Numbered from the stretch's first letter, positions 36,236 to 46,424 are shown. The stretch: 64,000 bases of DNA from an uncultured Desulfatibacillum sp. (GCA_964427375.1 CAYRUF010000005.1:69286-133285); one strand, 5' to 3'. Translations and numbers: made by a program. Notes: generated from the letters alone by a model not told the origin.

Positions 36236-38122
36236 ATGATATCCTTGGGATCGACCGATACGACCCTGCTCGCCGCCCTCGCGGCCACCAAGCTGCCGTT
36301 CGTGGCGTTCGCGGCCATCCTCCTGTTGACCCGCAGCCGGCCCCGGCTCTCCGCCGGGCTGTCGCTCGCGGCGATCACCGTCTCGCTCGTCAGCGCCGGC
36401 TTCCTGCTCGTAAAACACTGGGGCATCGCCCGGCCGATCGAGTTTGCCGCCTTGTGGGTCGCCGGCGGAGATGTCAGCGTCCGCGTCGGTGTCCTCATCG
36501 ACCCGCTCAGTCTGATCATGCTGGCGGTGGTGGCCGCCATCTGCTTCCTGGTTCAAGTTTACTCGCTGGGGTATATGGCGGGGGACCCGGGGTTCTCGCG
36601 GTACTATGCCTTCATGTCGCTGTTCGCCTGGGCCATGACGAACCTGACCCTGGCCCCCACCCTGCTGCAGCTTTACATCTTCTGGGAGCTGGTCGGGCTC
36701 GCCTCCTATCTTCTGATCGGGTTCTGGTATGAAAAATTCAGCGCCAGCGAGGCCGGCAAAAAAGCTTTCGTCATGACCCGTTGCGGGGACGTGGCCTTCT
36801 TCCTGGGGCTGCTGCTGATCCTGGTGCATCTGGGCAACCTCGACATCCGCGAGCTCAACGGCCCCGCGGCCGGCCGGCTGCCCTCGACCGTTGTGACGGC
36901 CGGGGCCCTGCTGATCTTCGGCGGCATCATCGGCAAGAGCGCCCAGTTCCCGCTGCTGACCTGGCTGCCGGACGCCATGGAGGGTCCCACCCCGGTGAGT
37001 GCGCTGCTGCACTCGGCCACGATGGTCGCCGCCGGCGTCTACCTCTTCGCGCGCCTGTTCCCCTTTTTCAGCCGGTCGCCCACGGCGCTCGGGGTCTGCC
37101 TGGCCGTCGGCACCGTGAGCATGCTGATCGCCTCCACCATGGCCATGGTCAGCCGCGACATCAAGCAGGTCTGGGCCTACTCCACCATCAGCCAGCTGGG
37201 TCTGATGATCATGGGGCTGGCCGCCGGCAACTACGCCGCCGGCGTGTTCCACCTGACCACCCATGCGGGGTTTAAGGCTTTGCTCTTTCTGTGCTCGGGG
37301 GTTTTCATCCACGCCTTTCACAGCAACGATATGGTCACGATCGGCCGCCGGGGCGGTCGGCGCCTGCGGGTGCCCATGGCCTGTCTGGTCATCGCCGCGG
37401 CGGCGCTCTCGGGCATCCCGCCGTTTTCGGGATTTTTCAGCAAGGAGCTGATCCTGGGGGCATTGGCCGACCTGCCGAATCCGCTCTGGGTGGCTGCCGG
37501 CCTGGTAGGTGCCTTTCTGACGACCTACTACACGTTCCGGCTCATCTTCATCATCCTGTTTCCGGCTCACGTCGGGCCGGATTCAGCCCACTCCGGCGAC
37601 GCCGGGCACGCGCACCACGGCGGCTACGCCGTGATGGCCTGGCCTCTGGTGGTCTTGGCCGCCGCCACGATCGGACTGGGGTTCGGCGAACACGCGGTGG
37701 CGGAGTTCCTGCTGAAGCCTTTTGGATCGGCGCCGGCCGCGGCGCACCACGCCTGGCTGCCCTACGCAGCCATCGGCCTTGCCGCTGCCGCGGTTTTCCT
37801 GGCCTGGTTCGAGTTCGGCCGCCGCGGCGCCGGGCAGATCGGGTTTGTCGAACGGGTCGCCCCGCTGCACGCCCTTTTCGGCAACCGCTGGTACATCGAC
37901 CGCGCCTACCGCTGGCTGCTGGACCATGTCGTCTATCGCCTGTTTTCCAGGCTCTGCGCCCGCAGCGACCAGAAGGTCATCGACGGCGCCGTCGACGGAC
38001 TGGGACGAGTCATCGACGCCGGCGGCGGCCGCATGTCGATCCTGCACACCGGCATGGTGCAGTACCGGTTGATCGTCGTGTTCGTGAGCATCGCTTTAAT
38101 GGCAGTTTATCTCTTCATCTAG
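36236..38122 (+). CDS. nuoL: NADH-quinone oxidoreductase subunit L
   Basis: 628-aa antiporter-like subunit with WLPDAMEGPTPVSALLHSATMV. Confidence 0.92.
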   Translation: MISLGSTDTTLLAALAATKLPFVAFAAILLLTRSRPRLSAGLSLAAITVSLVSAGFLLVKHWGIARPIEFAALWVAGGDVSVRVGVLIDPLSLIMLAVVAAICFLVQVYSLGYMAGDPGFSRYYAFMSLFAWAMTNLTLAPTLLQLYIFWELVGLASYLLIGFWYEKFSASEAGKKAFVMTRCGDVAFFLGLLLILVHLGNLDIRELNGPAAGRLPSTVVTAGALLIFGGIIGKSAQFPLLTWLPDAMEGPTPVSALLHSATMVAAGVYLFARLFPFFSRSPTALGVCLAVGTVSMLIASTMAMVSRDIKQVWAYSTISQLGLMIMGLAAGNYAAGVFHLTTHAGFKALLFLCSGVFIHAFHSNDMVTIGRRGGRRLRVPMACLVIAAAALSGIPPFSGFFSKELILGALADLPNPLWVAAGLVGAFLTTYYTFRLIFIILFPAHVGPDSAHSGDAGHAHHGGYAVMAWPLVVLAAATIGLGFGEHAVAEFLLKPFGSAPAAAHHAWLPYAAIGLAAAAVFLAWFEFGRRGAGQIGFVERVAPLHALFGNRWYIDRAYRWLLDHVVYRLFSRLCARSDQKVIDGAVDGLGRVIDAGGGRMSILHTGMVQYRLIVVFVSIALMAVYLFI

Positions 38123-38129
38123 GACGGTT

Positions 38130-39602
38130 ATGGAGTTCACCGGATTCCCCTACCTGACCGCCATCCTGCTCAGCTGCGTGACCGGGCTGCTGGTGATCCT
38201 CTTTATCCCCGACGCGAACCGGTCGGCGGTCAAATGGATCAGCGCGGTTTTCTCCGGCCTCACCCTGGCGCTCTCGATCGCGGTCTTCCTGCGTTACGAC
38301 ACGGCTCGCGGCGGGCTGCAGTTCGTCGAACGCGCGGCCTGGGTGCCGTCCATGGGGATCCACTATCTCAATGCGGTGGACGGCTTCAGCCTGCCGATGG
38401 TGCTGCTGACCGGGATCGTGTTCTTCACCGGCGTGCTCACCATGTGGGAGCTCGAGCACCGGGTGAAGGAGTTTTTTGCCTTTTATTTCCTGCTGGTGAC
38501 CGGGGTCTTCGGGCTCTTCATGAGCCTGGATCTTTTCTTCATCTTCATCTGGTACGACGTTTCGCTCTTTCCCATGTACCCGCTGATCGCCGTCTGGGGC
38601 AGCACGCGCAAGGAATACGGGGCCATGAAGCTGACCCTGTACCTGCTCGCCGGAAGCGCTCTCATCCTGCCGGCGATCATCTTCCTGCACGTTCAGGCGG
38701 GCGGAACCACTTACGACATCACGGCCCTGATGCAGCCGGGGACGTTTTCGGCCGCCGACCAGAAGTTCGCCTTCCTGCTGCTCTATATCGGCTTCGGCAT
38801 CTTGGCGGCGGTGTGGCCGTTTCATACCTGGTCGCCGGTCGGCCACGTGGCGGCCCCGACGGCAGTGAGCATGGTCCACGCCGGGGTGCTGATGAAGATC
38901 GGCGCCTTCGGCGTGCTGCGCGTCGGGATGTTTCTCTGCCCGGAGGGCTGGCAGTTCTGGGCGCCGCTGATGGCGACCGCGGCCGTCATCGGCATCGTCT
39001 ACGGCGCGCTCGTGGCCTTGAGCCAGACCGACCTGAAGTTCGTCGTGGGCTACTCGAGCGTCTCGCACATGGGCATCGTGGGGCTGGGGCTGTCGACGCT
39101 CACCGTGGACGGGTTGAACGGCGCGGTCTTCCAGATGTTCGCCCACGGCATCATGACGGCGCTCTTCTTCTCGGCCATCGGCTACATCTACGAGCGCACC
39201 CACACCAAGATGATCCCGGAGCTGGGCGGCCTGAGCCGGATCATGCCGGTCGCCTCCGGCTACTTCATCCTAGCGGCCCTGACCGCCGTCGGCGTGCCCT
39301 GCCTGGCGAGCTTCTGGGGCGAGCTGATGGTGTTCATCGCGGCCTTTAAGGTCTACCCGATCGCCGGCGTCTTCGCCGTGGGCGGGCTGGTGCTGAGCGC
39401 GCTGTTCATGCTGCGGGTCGTGCAGCGGGCGTTCTACGGCCCCCCCAACCACAAGTTCGCCCATCTGGCCGACGTGTCCTTCGGTTTAGGGATCCCGCGC
39501 ATGATCCTGGCCGCGGTGATCGTGCTCTTCGGGCTGCTGCCTTCGATTCTGTTTGACGTGATCGAAACGGCGTCGGTCGCGTTCATCAGGGGGTTGCCAT
39601 GA
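38130..39602 (+). CDS. nuoM: NADH-quinone oxidoreductase subunit M
   Basis: 490-aa antiporter-like subunit with FHTWSPVGHVAAPTAVSMVHAGVLMK. Confidence 0.92.
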   Translation: MEFTGFPYLTAILLSCVTGLLVILFIPDANRSAVKWISAVFSGLTLALSIAVFLRYDTARGGLQFVERAAWVPSMGIHYLNAVDGFSLPMVLLTGIVFFTGVLTMWELEHRVKEFFAFYFLLVTGVFGLFMSLDLFFIFIWYDVSLFPMYPLIAVWGSTRKEYGAMKLTLYLLAGSALILPAIIFLHVQAGGTTYDITALMQPGTFSAADQKFAFLLLYIGFGILAAVWPFHTWSPVGHVAAPTAVSMVHAGVLMKIGAFGVLRVGMFLCPEGWQFWAPLMATAAVIGIVYGALVALSQTDLKFVVGYSSVSHMGIVGLGLSTLTVDGLNGAVFQMFAHGIMTALFFSAIGYIYERTHTKMIPELGGLSRIMPVASGYFILAALTAVGVPCLASFWGELMVFIAAFKVYPIAGVFAVGGLVLSALFMLRVVQRAFYGPPNHKFAHLADVSFGLGIPRMILAAVIVLFGLLPSILFDVIETASVAFIRGLP

Positions 39603-41020
39603 CCGCCTGGGCGCTGTTCGCACCGGAGCTGAGCCTGTTCGGCGCGGCGTTGCTCTTTCTGGGGCTGGCCCTGGTCCGGACCACCCGCCCCAGGGGCGCT
39701 TTTCTGGCAGCGCTGGCCGCGGCGGCCTTTTCGATCGTCGTCGGCCTCGCCTCCCTGAACGCCGAGGGATCGCTTTTCGGCCAGTCCTACCGGATCGATC
39801 TCTTCTCACAGGTTTTCAAGGTGCTGCTCGCTCTGGGCCTCTTTCTGGTGGCCTGCATCTGCGGCGATGGGAACGGAGTGGACGAACGCCGGCACCCCGA
39901 ATTCTACATGCTGCTTTTCACCTGCACCCTGGCGATGATGCTGCTGTCCAGCGCCGTGCACCTGCTGAGCATCTATGTCGCGCTCGAGCTGTCCAGCTAT
40001 TCGCTCTACGTCCTGGTGTCGCTGCGGCGCACGCGGGAGTTGGCCGTAGCGGCGGCCCTCAAGTTTTTCATCGTGGGCATCGTGTCTTCGGCCGTGATGC
40101 TCTTCGGGCTCGCCCTGCTTTACGGGGCAACGGGCGCCGTCTATCTCGACGAGCTCGCCCGGGCGCTTCCACCGGCAGTCGACCAGCCGCTCGTCCAGGT
40201 CGGCCTGCTGCTCACCCTGTGCGGGTTTTTCTTCAAGCTGGCCGTGTTTCCGTTCCACATCTGGGCGCCGGACACCTACCAGTCCGCCGCCCATCAGGTT
40301 TCGGCCTACATCGCCACGGCATCGAAGATCGGAGCCATCGCCATTCTGATCCGAATGGCGACCGTGACCGGCGGCAGCCCCTATCTCGTGCAAGTGCTGG
40401 TGGGTCTGGCGGTTCTGTCCATGACCGTCGGCAACCTGGCGGCCATCGCCCAGAAGGACCTGAAGCGGCTGTTCGCCTATTCCAGCATCGCCCAGGCCGG
40501 ATATGTCCTGATCGGAATCCTGAGCCTGACGCCCGAGGGCTATGCCGCCTCCATTTTCTATTCCCTTGCGCTGCTGGTGATGAAATTCATCTGCTTCCTG
40601 GTGCTGATCGTGGTAGCGGCCGACGGGGCCGACATCGAGGTGGAGCAGCTGGCCGGGCTGCACCGGCGCTCCCCGTTGCTGGCCATGGCGTTGATGATGT
40701 CCGTTTTCTCGCTGGCCGGCATTCCGCCCACGATCGGGTTCACGGGCAAGTTTTTAATCTTCAACGCGGCCATTGAGCGCGGGCTCCTGCCGCTGGTGCT
40801 GATCGCCATGGCCAATGTGGTGGTCTCCCTCTACTACTACCTCATGGTGGTGCGGGCCGCCTACCTGATCGAGCCGGCTGCCGACCTGCCGCGGCTGCAG
40901 GTATCCCCGGCCATGCAGCTCCTTGCCGGCGTGCTGGTAGCGGTCATGGTGCTCTGCGGCATCTATCCCCCGCTGATGCTCGATCTGTCCAGCGCTGCCG
41001 CCGCCGCTCTCCTAAAGTAG
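39599..41020 (+). CDS. nuoN: NADH-quinone oxidoreductase subunit N
   Basis: 473-aa antiporter-like subunit (FPFHIWAPDTYQ) with a 4-nt overlap with nuoM. Confidence 0.92.
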   Translation: MTAWALFAPELSLFGAALLFLGLALVRTTRPRGAFLAALAAAAFSIVVGLASLNAEGSLFGQSYRIDLFSQVFKVLLALGLFLVACICGDGNGVDERRHPEFYMLLFTCTLAMMLLSSAVHLLSIYVALELSSYSLYVLVSLRRTRELAVAAALKFFIVGIVSSAVMLFGLALLYGATGAVYLDELARALPPAVDQPLVQVGLLLTLCGFFFKLAVFPFHIWAPDTYQSAAHQVSAYIATASKIGAIAILIRMATVTGGSPYLVQVLVGLAVLSMTVGNLAAIAQKDLKRLFAYSSIAQAGYVLIGILSLTPEGYAASIFYSLALLVMKFICFLVLIVVAADGADIEVEQLAGLHRRSPLLAMALMMSVFSLAGIPPTIGFTGKFLIFNAAIERGLLPLVLIAMANVVVSLYYYLMVVRAAYLIEPAADLPRLQVSPAMQLLAGVLVAVMVLCGIYPPLMLDLSSAAAAALLK

Positions 41021-41098
41021 CCGGGAACTGGTTGTGACGCCGAAACGGGGTCGGCAGCATGTTCCTCCTTGTTTCCATGACGCCCTCGGAAGAGTCCT

Positions 41099-41302
41099 AT
41101 GGAAGCGCTCTCACTGGAAAAGGTGCATGACCTGTTGGGAACGGCCGCAATTCCAGGGACCGATAGGGAGCTCGATGTTCTGCGCACCCGCTTGGGAGAG
41201 CTGTTGGATCTGAACGGGGAAGACTGGATCCGGGAAAACCGCCGGATGCTGCTTGATCAGTGGCAACGGGTCGTTGAAATGAAAACCATTCGTGGACGAT
41301 AG
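41099..41302 (+). CDS. Small acidic hypothetical protein (67 aa)
   Basis: An ORF sits between nuoN and the OYE gene on the same strand and ends 9 nt before the OYE start. I recognise no family, and the RBS is weak. Confidence 0.4.
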   Translation: MEALSLEKVHDLLGTAAIPGTDRELDVLRTRLGELLDLNGEDWIRENRRMLLDQWQRVVEMKTIRGR

Positions 41303-41311
41303 GAGGTTAAA

Positions 41312-42433
41312 ATGAACCATCTGTTCGAACCGGCAGAAATCGGCTCGATGGAATTGCGCAACCGCTTCGTGCGCTCGGCCACCTGGGAGGCCATGGCTAC
41401 CCCGGATGGGGCGGTCACGCCACGGTTGGTCGACACGATCGCAGCCCTCGCCCGCGGCGGGGTCGGGCTCATCATCAGCGGCCATGCCTACGTCCGGCCG
41501 GAGGGTCAGGCCGGGCCCCTGCAGATGAGTGCGGCCGGGGACGAGATGATTCAAGGATGGCGGCAGCTGGCTGCCGCCGCCCATGACCATGGGGCTAAAA
41601 TGGTGCTCCAGATGGCGCACGCCGGCTATTTCGCCGCCCACCATCTGACCGGCCGGCCTCCCTTTGCCGTGTCAGCCGCCGTGAAACTCGATGAGATCCC
41701 CCGACGGGAGCTGACCCTGGACGATATCCAGGGCGTGGTAAACGCTTTTGCCGCCGCTGCCGCCCGGGCCAAGGCCGCCGGTTTCGACGGTGTGCAGATC
41801 CATTCCGCTCACGGCTACCTCTTGAACCAGTTTCTTTCTCCGCTCTTCAACCGGCGCACGGATGCATACGGCATATCTCTTTCGAACCGGGTGCGCATCC
41901 ATCTGGAAACCATCCGGGCGGTGCGGCAGGCGGTCGGCAGCGATTACCCCGTCCTCATCAAGCTGAACGGCCGGGATTTTATCGAAGGCGGGCTTGACCT
42001 GGAGGAGTCGGTGGAAGCGGCCGTCCTGATGGAGCAGGCCGGACTGGACGCGATCGAATTGAGCAGCGGGATGACCAAATTCTCCCGGTTCGGATCCGCC
42101 CGTACGAAGATCAGCAACCAAACGAAAGAGGCTTACAACCAGGAGGAAGCCCGGGTTTTCAGGCGGCGGCTGAAGATTCCCTTGATCCTGGTGGGCGGCA
42201 TCCGCTCCCTGCCCGTGGCTGAGCGGCTGGTCGCGGAAGGTGTCTGCGATTTCATTTCCATGAGCCGGCCCCTCATCCGCGAGCCGGACCTGGTGAACCG
42301 CTGGCGGTCCGGCGACCGCCGCAAAGCGGCCTGCACCTCGGACAACCTCTGCTTCGGCCCGGCGCGCAGCGGGGAGGGCCTGTATTGCGTTACGGCCGCG
42401 AGAAAAAGAACGGCCGTATCGAAAAAGAGGTGA
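41312..42433 (+). CDS. NADH:flavin oxidoreductase, Old Yellow Enzyme family
   Basis: 373 aa with a strong RBS (taggaggttaaaATG). Motifs include RNRFVRSAT, VQIHSAHGYLLNQFLSP and LVGGIRS. Confidence 0.88.
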   Translation: MNHLFEPAEIGSMELRNRFVRSATWEAMATPDGAVTPRLVDTIAALARGGVGLIISGHAYVRPEGQAGPLQMSAAGDEMIQGWRQLAAAAHDHGAKMVLQMAHAGYFAAHHLTGRPPFAVSAAVKLDEIPRRELTLDDIQGVVNAFAAAAARAKAAGFDGVQIHSAHGYLLNQFLSPLFNRRTDAYGISLSNRVRIHLETIRAVRQAVGSDYPVLIKLNGRDFIEGGLDLEESVEAAVLMEQAGLDAIELSSGMTKFSRFGSARTKISNQTKEAYNQEEARVFRRRLKIPLILVGGIRSLPVAERLVAEGVCDFISMSRPLIREPDLVNRWRSGDRRKAACTSDNLCFGPARSGEGLYCVTAARKRTAVSKKR

Positions 42434-42688
42434 TCCAACCACCATCCCAAGCCTCTGCTCAGCCTAACCGCTCAGCTTCTTGCTGGCTGAAGCCGATTCC
42501 TCGGCCTTGCCAACTGCCTGCGCAGCCTCGCTCAAGATGATGTTGGCCTGCTTGACAAAAAGCGCCGGCTCTTATAGTTGAGCCCGACCAATAGTCTTTT
42601 CTGACCGAAACAATATGAATAAAAAAGTGGGTTTTTGATAAGTCAAGGTATGAGGAAATTCTGTTAAAGGGGGCTGCTTTGTGGGGCT

Positions 42689-43639
42689 ATGGCCGGAAAA
42701 TTGACGAAGAGAAAAAACGTACGGCTCTTTTTATCCATTATTCTTTTCGCAGCGCTTCTGGCTCTATCCGGCGAAGCCGGCGCCGTGGATCTTGCGCTGC
42801 CCCCAGTTAACCTGGGCGACACGAATTTTCAGGATGCGATCGCTTTTCCGGGTTGGCTCGTCGAAGAACTACTCACACACTATCATGCCAATCAGTTCAA
42901 CGATTACCAGGGCAAGGATCGGCCCGGCTCCAACCAAGTCACGATCTTGAGCGCCGTGACCCATGTGGCCTGGATTTCGAATTTTAAATTGTTCGACGGC
43001 TTCTACGGCGCCGAGGTCTTGGTTCCCTTGGCTCAGCTCGACTTCAAGACCGAGTTCGGCCCCAGCGATCGGGACGACGGCCTCGGGGACGTGTCCGTCA
43101 GCCCTTTTTTCATCCAGTGGCCCGAATACAAGCTATTCGGAATGTCTTTCTTTCAGCGGCTGGACTTCCTCTTCAAGCTGCCGACAGGCAATTACAGCCG
43201 GTATTCGGCGGTGAATGTCGGAAGCAACGTTTACAGCTTCAATCCTTACTATGCCTTTACCCTGGTCCCGACGAGCCGGCTGGAGTTCAGCTCGCGCATA
43301 TACTATCTCTGGAATTCCGAAAACGACGAGCCGTTTTTCAGGCTGCGGGCGGACAATTCTCAGCCCGGGCAGGCGGTTCACGCCAACAGCGCCGTATCTT
43401 ATGAGGTGATAAAGGATTTGCGCCTTGGAATCGCCGGGTACGCCCTGCTCCAGATTACCGACGACAAACTGGACGGCGACGATCTCAACCATTCCAGGGA
43501 ACGCGTCTTCGGCATCGGCCCCGGGCTCAAGTACAAGATGGGCACCTGGTCCATGTACCTGAACAGCTATTTCGAGACCGGCGCCGAGAACCGTCCGGAA
43601 GGCGTAAAGTTCGCTTTCAGGATCTCCAAGGTCTTTTAG
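42689..43639 (+). CDS. Outer-membrane beta-barrel channel, MetA-pathway-of-phenol-degradation-like transporter family
   Basis: It has a signal peptide (LFLSIILFAALLALSGEAGA), an alternating beta-strand pattern, a C-terminal aromatic residue (...FRISKVF) and an N-terminal LPPVNLGDTNFQD motif typical of this family. Confidence 0.7.
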   Translation: MAGKLTKRKNVRLFLSIILFAALLALSGEAGAVDLALPPVNLGDTNFQDAIAFPGWLVEELLTHYHANQFNDYQGKDRPGSNQVTILSAVTHVAWISNFKLFDGFYGAEVLVPLAQLDFKTEFGPSDRDDGLGDVSVSPFFIQWPEYKLFGMSFFQRLDFLFKLPTGNYSRYSAVNVGSNVYSFNPYYAFTLVPTSRLEFSSRIYYLWNSENDEPFFRLRADNSQPGQAVHANSAVSYEVIKDLRLGIAGYALLQITDDKLDGDDLNHSRERVFGIGPGLKYKMGTWSMYLNSYFETGAENRPEGVKFAFRISKVF

Positions 43640-43678
43640 GCGGATCGATCGGCCGAGAGCCGATCGATCCATGCGGCT

Positions 43679-44800
43679 TCATCCGAGCTTTAAAAGCCTC
43701 AGCGCATTTCCACGAAAAATCTTCGTCTTGTCCTTTTCAGGGGCGTCCATTTCCGCGACGCTCGCAATGGCGTCGGCGGTAAAGCTGCGCCCGGCGCTGG
43801 CATCCATAGGCGCGTCGGAGCCGAACAGGACCCGATCCGGCCCGAAAAACGCCGCGGTCATCTCCAGCAGCTTCGGTTCCTTTCCCTGGGTGGCGGTGTC
43901 GCAGTAAAACTTCTTGAAGTGTTCGATGTACGGCCGGGAGATCGCCGTCGGCTGTGTGACGCCGGTATTCTGCTCGAAATAGTCCCAGCCGTACTGCATC
44001 CGTTGGGCGAACAGGGGAACCAGCGCGCCGTGGTGATGGATGATGAGCTTGAGATCCGGGTGGCGATCGAATACCCCGGCAAACACGATGCGCACCATGG
44101 CGGCCGAGCTGTCCTGCAGCCAGGAGAGCGTCTGCCAGATTTGGAATTTGGATTCTTTTTCGTCGAGATAGTCAGGATAAAACAACGGCCGGGACGGGTG
44201 GATCCACAATGGAACATCCAGCCGGGATGCCTCTGCGTACAAGAACTCGTAATCCGGATGGTCGGGCCGCTTGACCGTAGGCCCCGTGACAAACATCCCG
44301 CCGGCCATTTGAAGCTCCTTCACGACCCGATTCAATTCGGCGAGCATGATCTCCGGATGGATCGTCGGCAGCACCGCCACCGCCGAGAACCGGTCCTTGC
44401 GCCGGGCGGCGACCTGGGCCAGTTCGTCGTTCAGCAGCCGGGCCGCCTGCAGGCATTTTTGCGGATCGGCATGGACGGCCGGAGCCGTCTCCAGCCAGGG
44501 CAGGGGCACGAGCACCGACCGCGAAACGCCGAAGTCGTCCATCAGCCGGAGGCGATGCTCGGGGTCGATCAGCGTCGGCGTGTTGGCAAAAAGGCTCCGG
44601 AAAACGTGCGGTTTCGGCCCGCCGGCCGCTTCAAGATAATCGATGATCCGCATCGCGGAAAAATGACAATAAAAATCTATTTTATCCGTCCGGCCTTCCG
44701 CCTTCAATGCCGCGGCAGCGGCTTCTTTAGCGCCTGCGCGGCCCAGCATGGACAGGGCGGTCGAAACCAATGCTGTCTTCATGAAGCTTCTTCGGTTCAT
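43679..44800 (-). CDS. Amidohydrolase-2 (ACMSD/LigW-type) family protein with twin-arginine signal peptide
   Basis: The Tat motif is MNRRSFMKTALVSTALSMLGRAGA. The amidohydrolase_2 pattern includes WIHPS, IIHHHGALVP and LFGSDAPMD. Confidence 0.8.
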   Translation of the reverse strand: MNRRSFMKTALVSTALSMLGRAGAKEAAAAALKAEGRTDKIDFYCHFSAMRIIDYLEAAGGPKPHVFRSLFANTPTLIDPEHRLRLMDDFGVSRSVLVPLPWLETAPAVHADPQKCLQAARLLNDELAQVAARRKDRFSAVAVLPTIHPEIMLAELNRVVKELQMAGGMFVTGPTVKRPDHPDYEFLYAEASRLDVPLWIHPSRPLFYPDYLDEKESKFQIWQTLSWLQDSSAAMVRIVFAGVFDRHPDLKLIIHHHGALVPLFAQRMQYGWDYFEQNTGVTQPTAISRPYIEHFKKFYCDTATQGKEPKLLEMTAAFFGPDRVLFGSDAPMDASAGRSFTADAIASVAEMDAPEKDKTKIFRGNALRLLKLG

Positions 44801-44903
44801 AGAGATTCACCTTGTGGATTTAAGTTGTCATCCTGGCGGGTGCCCATCGAATCGCTTTCCGCCGGCCGACGGGGGTTGCGGCGCGCTGCGGTCGAAACCC
44901 TGC

Positions 44904-44936
44904 CTATCCGATGAGTGCCATGGCCTCATCGGATAG
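44904..44936. other. Perfect 12-bp stem hairpin downstream of the ThiC-family gene (possible terminator)
   Basis: CTATCCGATGAG-tgccatggc-CTCATCGGATAG. There is no clear U-tract on the minus strand. Confidence 0.3.
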
Positions 44937-44999
44937 ATTTTACCGCCGGAGAAAAAATAATCACTGATATCTTTCCGGCACCAAAAATATGTCTGGCAC

Positions 45000-46316
45000 T
45001 TAGGCTTTTTGACTCCGCCGCAACGTCTCGGCAAATAGCCCGCTGGCGGCCCGGTTCGCGCAAAACTCCCCGCACATGGTGCAGACCTTCGGATCGCATT
45101 CCGGCAACCGCTGGCTGCGGATTCTCTCCGCATCCCGGGCAAAAAGAGCATGCTGGAACTGGCTCTCCCAATCAAGGTCCCGGCGAGCCTTGCTGATGGC
45201 CATATCCCGTTGGCGGGTCCGGTCTGGATACTTGGCCGTGTCCCCGATGTAGGCCGCCAGGCGGGCGGCTTTCACCCCTTCGGCAACATCCGATTCGTTC
45301 GGGAGGGCCAAATGCTCTGCGGGCGTGATGTAGCAGATAAGATCCGCACCGTAGCGGGCCGACTGAGCGGCGCCGATGGCGGCGGCGATATGGTCGTATC
45401 CGGCACCTACATCGGTCGGCAGGGGCCCCAGCATGTAATACGGTGCGCCGCCGCTCATGCGTTTCTGCAGGATGATGTTGGCTTCAATCTCGTCCAGGGG
45501 GACATGGCCCGGCCCTTCCACCATCATCTGGCATCCCATTTTGCGCCCCTCCTCCGCCAGCTCGCAATTGATGAGGAGCTCCTGAATCATGGCGCGGTCA
45601 AAGGAGTCGCCGATTGCCCCGGCCCTGAGGCCGTTACCCAGAGAAAGCACCACGTCGTATTTTTTGAGAATTGAAACGACCCGGTCGAATCCGGCATAAA
45701 GCGGATTCTCGCGGCGGTTCTTCTTCATCCATGCCACCATGGCGGCGCCGCCCTTGCTCACCAGGCCGCTGTAGCGGTAGCCCTGCTTTTCCAGCCGTTC
45801 AACCGTATACCGGTTGATCCCGCAGTGAATGGCCATGAAGCTGATGCCGTCGGCGCACTGCCGTTCGATGATTTCGAAAAGCATCGCTTCGTCGAGCCGG
45901 TCGGGGTCTCCGTATTTTTTCGCGGCTTCGCAGAAGGCCTGATAGAGCGGAACGTTACCGACGGGCAGGTTGACGGCCGACAGGATCTCCCGCCGGATCT
46001 GATCCAGGCCCCCTCCGACGGAAAGCTCCATCAGCGTGTCGGCGCCAGCGGCCTCGGCGGTCTTGGCCTTTCGGATTTCCGCGTTCAGATCCACGATGTC
46101 CGTCGATGTGCCGATGGAGGCATTGATCTTAGTCCGCAATCCCGCGCCGATGCCTGCCGGATGTCGCTTTCGGTTTGCGTTCATGGCCAGCACGATCCGG
46201 CCTTCGGCAACCCGCATGCGGACCCAATCGGCGTCCAAACCTTCGTTCCTCGCCACTGCCTCCATCTCGGCGGTGACCACTCCGCCAACCGCCCATTCCA
46301 CCTGCGTCTTTTGCAT
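45000..46316 (-). CDS. thiC: ThiC-family radical-SAM enzyme (HMP-P synthase ThiC or its paralogue 5-hydroxybenzimidazole synthase BzaF)
   Basis: Start at ATG 46316 (MQKTQVEWAVGGVVTAEMEAVARNEG...). ThiC hallmarks include GLRTKINASIGTS, VEGPGHVPL and a C-terminal CTMCGEFC. See the riboswitch finding for the BzaF alternative. Confidence 0.9.
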   Translation of the reverse strand: MQKTQVEWAVGGVVTAEMEAVARNEGLDADWVRMRVAEGRIVLAMNANRKRHPAGIGAGLRTKINASIGTSTDIVDLNAEIRKAKTAEAAGADTLMELSVGGGLDQIRREILSAVNLPVGNVPLYQAFCEAAKKYGDPDRLDEAMLFEIIERQCADGISFMAIHCGINRYTVERLEKQGYRYSGLVSKGGAAMVAWMKKNRRENPLYAGFDRVVSILKKYDVVLSLGNGLRAGAIGDSFDRAMIQELLINCELAEEGRKMGCQMMVEGPGHVPLDEIEANIILQKRMSGGAPYYMLGPLPTDVGAGYDHIAAAIGAAQSARYGADLICYITPAEHLALPNESDVAEGVKAARLAAYIGDTAKYPDRTRQRDMAISKARRDLDWESQFQHALFARDAERIRSQRLPECDPKVCTMCGEFCANRAASGLFAETLRRSQKA

Positions 46317-46343
46317 GTCGCTCTCCTTCCGACGTCGTCGCCC

Positions 46344-46385
46344 GGAAAAAGAAAACCCCAGGGCTGACAATTTTTCAGCCTGGGG
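46344..46385 (-). terminator. Intrinsic terminator (expression platform of the cobalamin riboswitch)
   Basis: The minus strand reads CCCCAGGCTGA-aaaattg-TCAGCCCTGGGG followed by TTTTCTTTTT. It lies about 30 nt upstream of the RBS and ATG. Confidence 0.7.
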
Positions 46386-46424
46386 ATTTGCCGTCTCCAC
46401 CAAGATGTCTATCCAGCGATCGAA

